DNA from: Flectonema sp. DT1601
Taxonomy: Eukaryota
Direction: 5' to 3'
Assembly: GCA_964019425.1 (NCBI GenBank)
Contig: OZ025797.1
Location: 744,001-808,000 of the forward strand
Length of the DNA: 64,000 nucleotides
The position numbers were made by a program, and so were the translations under genes. Below the pieces are notes generated by a model, which ran no database searches, was not told the origin of the DNA, and worked only from the letters and a program-made list of their open reading frames with translations. How positions within the stretch are numbered: the stretch's first letter is position 1; every line of letters begins with the position of its first letter. Below are positions 39,301-51,212 of this stretch, in pieces.

Positions 39301-40065
39301 TAAATCTTCTGTGCTGGTACAATGGTGTATTTCTAAGGGCAGATGAATCTTAATTGTCTCATATATGACTAATTGGTGAAACCATCCATCAGGATTAAAT
39401 TGGAACATTTCAACCAATCCTAACCACTTCATTTCTTGTGTTGCCAACTCATCTTGGATCTTAAAGGCTTTAGATATCTGAATTCTCTCGATGTTCAGAT
39501 AATCAGCCATAAAATTAATGGTGGCCCAACCACACTCACCGCTGTTAAGGCCTTCAGCTGGTTTAGTGTGCATAGAAATAGGAAGCCTTTTATCGATCGA
39601 AATATCCCATTCAGGACCTCTATCATTCTTCATAACCAGTTTATCAGTCTGAGATTTTGAATATTACTTTCCGTATATTTACTTGTAATTGGGAAATAAT
39701 AACCTCCATTAGTACGACCAACAACCATGTGACATTCGCATGTTTGTTAATTATTTCACGGGTTGTCTTACCCTGGTCGTATGATAGAATACTGATGTTA
39801 ACAGGTAGTATTTTGTCGAAGTCTTTGCAAAATTTGGTTATTTTAAATATCCCATTGCGATATTTAATATCCAAAGCATCAATCTGTGTCTCAGTGTTCT
39901 TGTTTATTGCGGTGGAACATATTAGACATTGATCTGGGTTGTTAGTGATTGAGTGACTTGCAATCCGGAATGCAGTAACCATGGTGTTATTACATTTTTT
40001 GGGTTTTGCATACCCAACGTTCTTATCGAGTAACATGTTATAAATGTCATCTCGTCCATTCAGTT
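36317..40065 (-). pseudogene. Fragmented long coding region of unknown origin (probably a decayed mobile-element ORF)
   Basis: Five consecutive or overlapping minus-strand ORFs with similar AT-rich composition and no introns evident; abuts the Cys-rich gene at ~40065. Confidence 0.5.
38680..38880 (-). repeat. 21-bp tandem repeat encoding (E/K)VIQEPK x~9
   Basis: Repeated TTGGTTCTTGAATGACTTCCT. Confidence 0.92.
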
Positions 40066-42715
40066 GTAGTATTACAGTATTGTCCGATAGCTGTGCAGTT
40101 CGGTGCATGCACTTTGCACTCATCGAAGGTGCAAACAGCTGCAGCACCAACCGCGTTATCAATTGAAGGTGGCTGACACTCGCAAGTGAAATCGTTTTGC
40201 GACGGACAGGTCTTGTCAGCATCATAACAAGCCTGGCTAGCAGTGGTGCAGGTGGGGCTTGTGAGACATTCATCACAGACACATTCAGCAATCTTAGCAG
40301 TAGCCGATCCAACAGCTGGTGCAACACAAGTACAGGTCCAATCAGAAGTGCTAGTTGGGTCTTTGTTCACATCAGCACAAGTCTGGCCAACAGCAGTGCA
40401 CGTAGTGTTAGCACAAGTTGGGCAGTTCATAATAGTACACTCATCAAGTTCACAAATAGCATTCTTGGCGTTGCTCATGTCTCTTCCAACCTCAACGTTT
40501 GGAGGAAGGCAGTGACAGACCCAAGTGTTGTCATTCAAAAGATCTGGATCATTACAGTATTGTCCGATAGCTGTGCAGTTCGGTGCATGCACTTTGCACT
40601 CATCGAAGGTGCAAACAGCTGCAGCACCAACCGCGTTATCAATTGAAGGTGGCTGACACTCGCAAGTGAAATCGTTTTGCGATGGACAGGCCTTACATTC
40701 ATCACAGACACATTCAGCAACCTTGGCAGTTGCCGATCCAACAGCTGGTGCAACACATGTGCAAGTCCAGTCACTAGTGCTCGAAATATCTGCGTCCAAG
40801 CAAGTTTGGCCAACAGCAGTACAAGCTCCATTGGAACAGGTTGCACAAGTTTTATCACACTCTAATAATTCACATTCAGCTAGTTTAATAGTCGCCACAG
40901 CCATAGTTTTTGGTGTTTGTGGATCAATACATTCACAATACCAGTCACCAAGAGCTAGTGGATTGGTGTCAGGGTCAACGCAGTTTTGACCGTTGAGGAG
41001 ACAGAGGTTTCCACTGCCAGAGTCGGCACATGTGGCGCATTGAATTTCGCATTCATTTAAGGTACAATTTGCTACTCCGGTAAGTTGTGTGTTCGTTGGG
41101 AATAATCCTGTTGCTGGAGGAACACATTCACAAACCCAGTCACCAGTAGATGAAGGTGTCGGGTCAAGATCATCACAAGTCTGTCCAGCACTTAAACAGG
41201 TGGCCTCATGCATTGGACATTCACCAGGGTAGTCACACATAGCTGGCCCACCTACATTAGAAGTACCCGCATTTATAGCTGGGGGTACACATTCGCACTC
41301 CCAGTCGTTCAAGCTTGTAGGGCTGGTATTTGGGTCAACGCAAATCTGTCCAACTTGGTGGCAGTCCTTTTCGTGTTCATGACATTCGTTAACAATACAC
41401 GTTGCAGCCTGGGCTACTGCGAAATCATATGCTGGCGGTACGCAGGTACAAACCCAGTTAGTTCTGTTTGAAGCAGTCAGGGTCATGACAAGTCTGTCCA
41501 ACACCAGTACAAACATTATTAGAACAAGTAGCACAAGACTCAACGCATTCATCAATTGTACAATGCGCTGCGCTTACGAGTGCTGTTCCAGACTCCGGGG
41601 CAGCACAGGTACAGTTCCAGTCTCCAGTCTTATTTGCTGAAGTGTCTGCATCTAAACATGTTTGACCAACAGCACTACAAGTTGTATCGGCACAGGTTGG
41701 GCAATTTTTAACACACTCATCAAGAACACAGTCAGCAGTTCTGCCAACAGCTTCACCCTCTGATGGTGGCGGACAAACGCACTTCCAATCATCTTCAATC
41801 AGTGGACCAGGATCCTCACAAGTCTGACCAACATTGGTACAGGTGTCCCCATGCAGGGTACATTCACCAAAGCTGCAGTCAGCCACCATTGCAATAGCCG
41901 TAGTGTTTGCAGGGGGAGGACAGATGCACTCCCAGTCACTGAGGGACTTGGAATCCTGGTTGGTGTCACGGCACTCCTGAGTGGCATCACTACAGGTGGT
42001 ACCGGCACAGGTTGCGCACATCTCCTTGCACTCATCAGGAATACAACTTGCAGTGTTGGCAATTGCACTTCCGTGTGAAGGGGGTGGGCAAGTGCAGACC
42101 CAGTCAGATGTTGACTTGTCAGATGTGTTTGGGTCAGCACAGTCCTGTCCCTCCTTTGAGCAGGCATCTCCGGCACAAGTTGCGCAAGTCTTGGCACATT
42201 CATCGAGAACGCAGTCGGCAACGTCGCCTACCTTGTTCCCAACAGAAGGGGCAACACACTTGCACAGCCAATCATCTTCAATCAGTGGACCAGGATCCTC
42301 ACAAGTCTGACCAACATTGGTACAGGTGTCCCCATGCAGGGTACATTCATCAAAGCTGCAGCCACCATTGCAATAGCCGTAGTGTTTGCAGGAGGAGGGC
42401 AGATGCACTCCCAGTCACTGAGGGACTTGGAATCCTGGTTGGTGTCACGGCACTCCTGAGTGGCATCACTACAGGTGGTACCGGCACAGGTTGCGCACAT
42501 CTCCTTGCACTCATCAAGAATACAACTTGCAGTGTTGGCAATCGCACTTCCGATCGATGGCATTGGCAAGTGCAGACCCAGTCAGATGTGTTTGGATCAG
42601 CACAGTCCTGTCCCTCCTTTGAGCAGGCATCTCCGGCACAAGTTGCACAAGTCTTGACACATTCATCAAGAACGCAGTCGGCAACGTTGCCTACCTTGTT
42701 CCCAACAGAAGGGGT
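40066..42715 (-). pseudogene. Frameshifted fragment of a Cys-rich EGF-like repeat surface protein
   Basis: Repeats DEC...CATC....C...GQ.C.DP......DW.C.C..P..G.A....A.C spread over at least four frames, truncated at both ends by unrelated sequence. Confidence 0.8.
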
Positions 42716-42912
42716 AGTACTGTTGGATTGTTTTCTTCTCAGGGGTGACGGGTAGTTCCTTGTCATATCTCCAATTTGTCTTGAAAAAGAATTGCTGGAG
42801 GTTATCTCTCTGTTTCGGAAAATCCCGTAGTATGTGCTAAGAATGAAATCTTTGTATTGTGGGAAGAGGCTCTTCTTTGAGTCGCCTCGGCTGCGTAGCC
42901 TGTAAATCACCC

Positions 42913-45900
42913 GTCAAAATAGACTTCTCGAACGCTTTCAACTGCGTCCATCGTGGAGCATTCATCGAAGCAACGACGGGCTCGCAGCTCGAAAACTGGG
43001 TGCGGTGGTGCTACGGTAGACAGTCGTGGTTACTATTTGGCAAACACGCCCTGTCCTCCGCTGAGGGTGCACAACAAGGGGACCCATTGGGACCGATGCT
43101 GTTCTCATTGGCCTTGAAACCAGTACTTGTGGAGGTGTTGAAAACCAGCCCGGAGTTCGCCTGCTTCTACCTGGACGATGGATTGATCGCAGGATCATTA
43201 GAGCAAGTGGATCAAGCCCTACGCACCCTGGATAGGGAATCGGCAAAGATTGGACTGAGCCTCAGACCTGCCAAGTGCCAGACGTACGTCTTACAGGAGA
43301 ACCCAGTCGAGCTCCCGTCTGGTTGGGGATTGGAAGGCATGGGGAGCCCCCTCTATAATGGAGACTTCCTGGGGTCACCTTTCGGATCGATCGCCCACGT
43401 TCAGAGCTTCGTAGCACAGAAGGTCAGTAGGCTGCAAGACAAGGCCCAGCTGATCGCAGGCGTGGAAGACAGACAGACAGCCCTTGTCCTTCTAAGACAG
43501 TGTTCGGGCTTCTGTGAGGTCACACACCTGATGCGGAGTTGCTCGTTTGATATAACAGAACAGCTGCAGAAGGTTGACGAAGTAGTCAAATGGGCGGCCT
43601 CGGAGGTGCTAGGACAGGGCCTGGAAGGCTCGAGATGGACCCAGGCACAGCTCCCCACGCGGATGGGCGGACTCGGCCTCCGTTCATGTACAAAGCACAG
43701 GAATGCTGCCCTGTTAGGTTCGCTAGGACTGGTAAAGGATACCTGTGTTAGCCTTTGGCGGGACTACAAATGTAGCCTAGGTGCGCAGATCCAAGAGGCG
43801 CTGAACAAGGTGCTGCCGGCAAGCCTAAAGCTGGAGGGCACATACCACCCACAACGACTTACCTCGGCCAGACTAGACCAGGTCGCGCGAGATAAATTGC
43901 TGGAAGACGCGGCACCAACCGACAAGAAGAGACTCTTGTCTCTCACCATGCCGAAAGCAAGCGCGTGGTTACAATGTCCAGATGAGGAATGCTACATAGG
44001 CTCCGACATATTCCGTATCGCCTGCGGATTACGTCTCGGGACAGCCCTGTTCTCAGAGGATGAGGCCTGCCGTGCCTGCAAGAAGACGCAGGACGCATTC
44101 GGGTACCACGCCTCCGTATGCATCGACGGAGGGGATATCCACCGCAGGCATGATAAAGTAAGGGAAGAGTTTATCGGCATCTGTCGTTCGGCGGGCTTGG
44201 CAACGATGAGGGAACCCAAATACCTCGTTGGATACAACAAGCAGCGACCCGCAGATTGGTACTGCCCGCAAGGGTTGAACGAGGGGGTCGGGCGGGCCTT
44301 CGACGTGACGATCGTCAACCCGGGGGCTTCTAGAAACTACAACAAGCCGGGACAAGCAGCCAGTGAAGCAGAAGCCGCAAAGTCAGGCAAATACTCGGCC
44401 CTATGTGCAAAGTTCGGATTAAACTTTTCCCCGATTGCACTTGAAGTCTATGGAGGTTTAGGCCCACAAGCTGTGAGGACTCTGAGCCGACTGTCGCAGC
44501 TGCGAGCCATTGCCACAACAGTACCCCTACGGGAGGTTGCAGGCCTGTATGCCAGGAGGGTCTCAACCCAAGTGGTGGTCTGCACTGCAGAAGCCCTCAG
44601 GGCAAGAGGAGCATCGCTCATACACCAGGCAGCGTTATCCGCTAGTAAGCCGCACACGCCACACATGCCGCCTGCACCGAGCACATCCGATGACGTGTCA
44701 TTGACCGCATCGACCCCACAACCTATGGATCCAACTCCAGACCCAACCACACCGGATGCCGGAGGGATCGGCCGGTCAGCGGAACCCGAGGGGGATTCAG
44801 TTACCAGGCCGGCCACGAAGCCAGAGGAACCCGCAACGAGTCTAGTAACTCCACAACACAAAGCTGGAGAGCCGAGTGAGTTCGAATCGACACCAGTGCC
44901 GGCCCCGCAACCGACCACGACTGACGACGGAGGATCCGTTCCGATAGCTACATCGGTGTCCGTTCCAGCCGCTACCCTGTCAACCGAAGGACGGAACGAG
45001 ACCACATCGATTGATCCAACTACCGCTGCCCCGACACCTCCTGGCCCAATCATATCTACCGCCGGAGGTTTAGAGGTATCGGAGCCTGTGCTGAGTCCTT
45101 CGACTAGTCCGCAAGGGGTGTCCGCCGAACCCACTACGAGCCTCACAACTCCACTACACAAAGCCGGAGAGCCGAGAGAGCTCGAACCAGTGCCGGCGCA
45201 GGCCCCGTTACCGACCACGACTGACGACGAAGGATCCGACCCGACAGCCACACCAGTGTCCGCACCGACGGCATCCTTACCAGCTGGAGGGAGAAACGAG
45301 AAAACATCGACTGAACCAGCCACCGCTGCCCCGACCCCTCCTGGCCCAACCATATCCATCGCCGGAGGTTTAGGGATATCGGAGCCTGTGCCGAGTCCGT
45401 CGACTAGTCCGCAAAGATTGCCCGCAGAACCCGCTACGAGTGCCGCAGTTCCATTACACAAAGACGGAGAGCCGTGTGAGTACGAATCAACACCAGTGCC
45501 GACCCCGTTACCGTACACGACTGACGACGGAGGACCCGATCCGACAGCCACACCAGTGTCCGCTCCAGCTGCCTCCTTGCCAGCCGTTGGACCGAACGAG
45601 TTCACGTTGCACGTTCCAGCCACCGCTGCCCCGACCCCTCCTGGCCCAACCATATCCATCGCCGGAGGTTTAGGGATATCGGGGCCTGTGCCGAGTCCGT
45701 CGACTAGTCCGCAAAGATTGCCCGCAGAACCCGCTACGAGTGCCGCAATTCCATTACACAAAGACGGAGAGCCGTGTGAGTACGAATCAACACCAGTGCC
45801 GACCCCGTTACCGTACACGACTGACGACGGAGGACCCGACCCGACAGCCACACCAGTGTCCGCTCCAGCTGCCTCCTCGCCAGCCGTTGGGCCGAACGAG

Positions 45901-48900
45901 CTCACGTTGCACGTTCCAGCCACCGCTGCCCCGACCCCTCCTGGCCCAACCACATCCATCGCCGGAGGTTTAGAGGTATCGGAGCCCGGGCTGAGACTGC
46001 CACTCAACAGACCTCTAGAAGCGCCGGTTGATCCGGCATCAGCTGTAGACGTAACTTCCTCGCCAGCCGCTAAACGAACCGAGACGGATCAGACCGCTCC
46101 AGTCACCGCTGTCCCTACTCCTCCGGGCCCAACCATATCCATTGCCGGAAGTTTAGAGTTACCGGAGCCGGAGCCGAGACCGTCTTTTCGCCCGCAAGGA
46201 GCGCCGTTTGAACCCACAATGGAAACAGGCAATCCTTCACTGCCAATAGGCGGACGGAATGTATTCATATTGATCGACCCAGCCGCTGCTGTCCCTATGC
46301 CCCCTGGCCCTTCCAAATCCACTGCCGGAGGTTTAGAGATATCGGAGACCGGACTGAGGCCGCATGAATCGCCCACTGATCCAATCGCCACGCACGGTGG
46401 AGAGATAACGCCGAACGAAGACGCCCTGTCTGTTCCAGACTCTGCCGTCATGCACCTTCCTGGCCCAATAACAACTTCTGCCGGACGATGGCAGGAACCG
46501 GAGTCGGTCCCGGGTACGCCTTTGAACGCACAGAGAGGGCCGTCACTCACTTCGAAACCCGAGAGTCCAGCAATAGAACATCCTCCGACCTTCATACCCT
46601 TTGGAGTAGGCCTGGAGGGGATTCAGAATCTCGGGGATTCCTGCTACATGAATGCAGCGCTGCAGTGCCTATGCAAGGGCATGCCTCTTCCGGAATGCAA
46701 CAAATTGCCGGAACACTCAGCAGACTGTGTCTTATGCACCCTGAGGGAGCTGAAGCGATCGGGGTCTGTCTTGGCAGCGAAGAAGATATGGGAATGGATG
46801 AAACCACGCTGCGGTCCGGGACAATCGGAAGCCGAACATGCACTGTCAGAGCTGCTCGAAGCAATCGTTGAGGCGGGAGCTCCACCAGTCGACTTCGTGT
46901 CCACGGTAACGCAAATCCGCACGTGTCAAGTCTGCGAAGACATACACACGGTACGGTATAGAACGCCCATCCTCAGACTGGAACCTGACCAAAAGACAGC
47001 TACTGCCCTTGACGAAACGACGACAAGCCCGACAGACTTCATCTGCCCGAGTTGTAAATCGTGCTCAGCGGAGATCGTTACATCGGTAGACGAGCCAGCC
47101 CGTTCGCTGTTCCTTGGGTTCAAAGAGGGACATTTTGGAGATACCAAACCCGATGAAGTCATCCTTCCAGAATCCTTCATAGACGCATCGTGCCGCCTCT
47201 ACACCCTGACTGGAATGATCCAACACATCAGGTTTAACGAGGTCTCGGGGCACTATGTGTCGTATACGACAAATGGAAGGGGGGGATGGCTGAAACAAGA
47301 CGATTCAGCCGAGGGAATCTACACGTCGAAGGTCACACAAGTAAAGCCCTGCGTCGCCCTGTACCTGAGACGAGAGCAGCTACCCTCCTCCACCCAGGAT
47401 CCAAGACGGATTTTAGCACCCTCCAACAGGAAGCCATCTTTCTTCTACGGAGTCGCCGAAGGCAGATCCCCGGGAGTCTATACCACGTGGGAGGAAACGA
47501 AGAGGGAGGTGCACAAATACAGAGGCGCCGTCCACCAAAGATTCGTCCTCCGCGAGTCGGCCCAGCGATTTGTCGAGAGGTACAACCCACTATCAGGGGA
47601 TACCAAAGTCGCTCCACCGCCGGGCAGCAGATGGTACGCAGTAGTCAGGGGCCGAAAGTCCGGTCTGTACGACTGCTGGCGCGAAGCGAGCTCGATGGTA
47701 AACGAGTTCACCAGAAGCCGGTACAAGGCCTTCAACTCGCGATTGGAAGCCTCTCTATACTGGTGGGACCACATGGCAGGGGGACCTCAACAGGACTCGC
47801 CTCGCATGTGCCTATTCTTCGCCAGCCATAGGAACTTGAACACTGGGAGGACGGGGGCGGCCGCCTGCCTGTTGGACACGCAACTGCACAAGTTGACGGC
47901 CAGCTGGGGTGCGACGCTCGACACTGCAGACCTCGGGCTAGCCTCCTACCCTCAAGGGGATACAGAAGATGAGTCAACAAGATAGAAATGCCACCTGGAG
48001 TTGCAGAGGAAATATGAACACGTGGAGTGCGACAACACGGACGGGACTGGCGGAGGCTGTGCCGGCCACATGGAGCTTCCTCAACACACCAAACGTCGCC
48101 AACAACTGTGCGCAGTTCAAGGCGGAAGAGGTGTCCTCTCGAGATTACTGCTCGCTGATGGACGTGTTGAGACGTACCTCAGAACTGGAAGGGGAGCTGG
48201 GATTACGGTTAACCAAGAAACCGAGATCCCCAGATTCCGATTCGCAGGGAGAGTCTGCCTCGGTCAAAAAACCAAAGGCTGAGGCAGACCATCCACCGCC
48301 CGCCATAGCCGACCCCGATAGAAGCCCAACGCCATCGGCCAGTCCGAGGAGCAAGAAGCAGTGGTCCCCTGGTTCGGATTCGCAAGACGAGCCTGCATCA
48401 GTGAAAAAGCCGAAGACGTCCGCACCTGAAGTGGCCCGAGAAGACTCAGTGACTTCAGAAGGCCCCCCACTAGAAGATAACCAACGGAACCCGACGGTCA
48501 CGACGGAGGTAGAAAGTGTAGCGCCGACCGCCTCACCTGTTGAAACCGCAGTTGCAACCAATGTCGGCCAGAGTAAGCCGGAGCCAAAGGAAACCGACAT
48601 CCCACCGCCGAATGCAAGTCAGGAATTGGAAGATGCCACGGCCCGCACCACACCAGTCACTAAACCGACAGACTTGCCCACCGAAGGCAGTCCCCTACCG
48701 TCAACCGGTCTAAGGACGATAGTTGCAACCATAGACCCGCCGGAGAAAGTTGAACACGATGCCTCCGAAGATCCAGTAAACACCCTCAAGGAAGAAGTAT
48801 ATGATGCCCCTGGAGTACGGACAGACACCCTAACCGGGGAAGTACGCGATGCCTCCGTAGAACCAGCGGATATCCTTACCGAAGTAGAACATGATGCCGC

Positions 48901-49591
48901 CGGAGAACTAGCAGACACCCTCGCCGAAGAAGTGCGCGATACCGCCAAACAACCAGCAGACATCCTTACCGAAATAGAACAGGATGCCTCCGGAGAACTA
49001 GCGGACGCCCTCGACAATGAAGTGTGTGACACCTCTGAAGAACCAGTAGACATCCTCACCAAGAAGGAACGCGACTTGTCCAGCCCATCATCGCAGTTAC
49101 AAACATACGACAAGGAGACCCACACACCCCCTGTGGCCAGAACGCTAGACCTCGACAGCCATAACAGCTCTACAGAAGACCCGACGCCGAAGACCAGAAG
49201 AGCAAGGAGCAGTCCACCCCGGACGGGGACAAGTAGCTCCGATGTCTCCACAAACGATACCGAAGTTACCCGACCGACTTGTGACCATGCACCGCCGTTG
49301 CAAAAGGGACCAAGGGTCAAATGCGACTTCTGCCATAGATTGTTACAACGGAAATGGTTCAGGAGCAGATGCACGAAGTGCCAGATAACCACCTGCCGAA
49401 GATGCTGGACCGCCGGAGTGGAGACCGCCTCCAGAGCCTTGGATCACCCAGACAGTACACCAAGACACAGGAGGACGAGGTCGTGCCCATCCTCGAACGA
49501 GAAGACAAAGAAGAAGATATCGCCATACAGTTCAGCGGGCTCAGGGAGGACTAGCCTGAGCCCAGGAAAGAGACTTAAAGATGACCGCTGA
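42913..49591 (+). CDS. Retroelement polyprotein: RT, RLE, Pro/Thr repeats, USP (peptidase C19), 2x RNase H1 hybrid-binding (viroplasmin-like) domains, degenerate RNase H-like region, acidic repeats, Cys finger; one frameshift at ~47950
   Basis: GIQNLGDSCYMNAALQCL and GHYVSY...W...DD; FYGVAEGRSPGVYTTWEE and WYAVVRGRKSGLYDCW; a +1 shift at TACCCTC joins the 47969-49591 ORF. Confidence 0.8.
44830..45990 (+). repeat. 300-bp (100-aa) Pro/Thr-rich tandem repeat x~4 in the retroelement ORF
   Basis: ACCGCTGCCCCGACCCCTCCTGGCCCAA-like motif at 45022, 45322, 45622 and 45922. Confidence 0.92.
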
Positions 49592-50215
49592 GATCTGTGG
49601 GTGTACTCACCCGCCCCCTCCCTCACCCCCCCCCTTTTTTATACCCACCGGAATAGATAATTTCTTTTAAAAGTGTCACTGTGAGACCTCAAAGAAAGCC
49701 GCACGTCCTCGGCAAAAAGAAGCCTGAGATGCTGACAAAAAGTCGATCTGTTAGTGAAACCTTGCCACTTAGCTTAGCTCTTCCAAAAACAACCAAGGCG
49801 GAACAAGATTGACTGCATCGAAGGTGGAAACCGACAGCGTGCGAAGAAGAAAAAAGTAAAAGACTTAGGTAAAGCATACAACAGGTTATTAGGGAATAAC
49901 CGCCGTCACATGGAAGAGTGATGAGTAAACCAGGGGCAATAATTACAACTTGGTCCACCGGGCTGGTGACAATGTTCCAACGTAGCATGCTAGGGCTAAG
50001 ACAAGAGATGCGCCTGACGCGGGTGGAGTAGAGTCTTGTTATATTTTGGAGCGCAACGTTTTCGAACTACCCACAATATACCCGTCAGGAGGCAACTTGT
50101 ACTTGGCTTACAATTTTAAAGACTACCGGTTTTCTCAGATAGAATTCCAGCAGACAAAGAAAAGTAAAAGAACTGTACTAGCATGTGGTTTCTTCCCGGC
50201 ATCTTCGCTTCGGCG

Positions 50216-50263
<48 letters not shown>

Positions 50264-50280
50264 GAAAAAAAAAAAAAAAA

Positions 50281-50320
50281 TGCCCTCACCCAGGATCGAA
50301 CTGGACGGTTTACAGCCATT
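50281..50320 (-). ncRNA. tRNA-like 3' half (GTA anticodon-like loop, B-box)
   Basis: Minus strand ATGG-CTGTAAA-CCGT-CCAGTTCGATCCTGGGTGAGGGCA followed by a T-run; no 5' half recognisable. Confidence 0.5.
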
Positions 50321-50336
50321 TTGGATTTTGTAATGA

Positions 50337-51212
50337 ATGGTTAGTTCTGAAACTAAGAAAAAGATTAATGCAGCCCCTTTCAGTTACAAACGAAATGATT
50401 CACATTCCTCAATGGCTATTAGAATTCCCAGAAACCAAGTACACAAGATTCTGGAGTTTAACAATAACGACCCGGAGACCGACAAACCTAAGAATGTATT
50501 TGTCAGAAACCCGAGCTGGTCAAATGGAAGCGATGTCTGGCCAACTCTTCAATTCAATAACGATCTTGGATTCTTGGCAGCAAAGTCCAAGACATCAATA
50601 CTGGAAGGTTTCGAAGGTAAATTCTACCTGTGTAAGTTCAAAACCTGTTATGGACTCCGAGTTCATCCCGACTGCAACACTGAAGTGCGTATTAAGTTAA
50701 GCGCGTCACTCAAACCTGCACTGCCTTCCGGTGACAGGTACATTATAAAATCAATGGCGATACGGAAATTCTCAACAGCGCAGATCAGCGACTTTATGAA
50801 GTCCTCTCACAACTGGGAGCACACAGTGGTCGCATCGTTTAACAAAGGTGGAAGCACTACGATTGTGGCGATTTCAAACACGCAGCCTCCCAACTTCGTG
50901 AGCATAGGCACCAATGAGTACCTTGTGATAAACAAGGAAGTCAAGAAAAGTGACAGAAAACCGCTAGGCCCAACCTACAACCCAGGCGACGCGGCTCAAA
51001 AACTGACAGGAACCCTGAAGAGACAGAAGACAGCTCCTCAACCACAACAACCAACTCAGCTACCACATCAGACGGCAGCAGCACCGACACCAGCGCCAGC
51101 ACCCACACCAGCATCAGCTCCACCACCCACTGAATCTGCTGTTAAACAAGAAGGTGATAAGAACGGTGATGTTGAAATGGAAGATGATGACTCGGATTTT
51201 GACCTCAACTGA
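50337..51212 (+). CDS. LINE ORF1-like protein (called ATG lies outside the TSD, so the true 5' end is truncated or starts downstream)
   Basis: Open frame inside the element with a Pro/Ala-rich and acidic C-terminus; ends in TGA-CTAG, in frame with ORF2. Confidence 0.7.
   Translation: MVSSETKKKINAAPFSYKRNDSHSSMAIRIPRNQVHKILEFNNNDPETDKPKNVFVRNPSWSNGSDVWPTLQFNNDLGFLAAKSKTSILEGFEGKFYLCKFKTCYGLRVHPDCNTEVRIKLSASLKPALPSGDRYIIKSMAIRKFSTAQISDFMKSSHNWEHTVVASFNKGGSTTIVAISNTQPPNFVSIGTNEYLVINKEVKKSDRKPLGPTYNPGDAAQKLTGTLKRQKTAPQPQQPTQLPHQTAAAPTPAPAPTPASAPPPTESAVKQEGDKNGDVEMEDDDSDFDLN

Larger units (their letters stand above)
42912..50280 (+). mobile_element. 5'-truncated CRE-like (RLE-type) non-LTR retrotransposon with long C-terminal extension and polyA tail
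   Basis: RT from motif 3 onward (KIDFSNAFN, GAQQGDPLGP, YLDD, GGLGL), CCHC knuckle, RHD, RPAD...FDVTI...K..KY endonuclease; ~630-bp 3' UTR; polyA ~50216-50280. Confidence 0.85.

Noticed and set aside
42717..42911. N-terminus of the 1708-aa ORF as part of the RT
   Set aside because: RT similarity starts abruptly at VKIDF; the upstream ~200 bp differs in composition and looks like an unrelated fragment.
47945..47955. Programmed +1 frameshift
   Set aside because: A single extra C in a truncated copy is more simply a mutation or sequencing error; no supporting signal seen.
44448..49392. Long minus-strand ORFs (519 aa, 257 aa)
   Set aside because: Antisense to GC-rich repetitive coding sequence; no motifs of their own.
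50337..50339. ATG as the genuine LINE ORF1 start
   Set aside because: It lies outside the left TSD, so it is flanking DNA that happens to be in frame.
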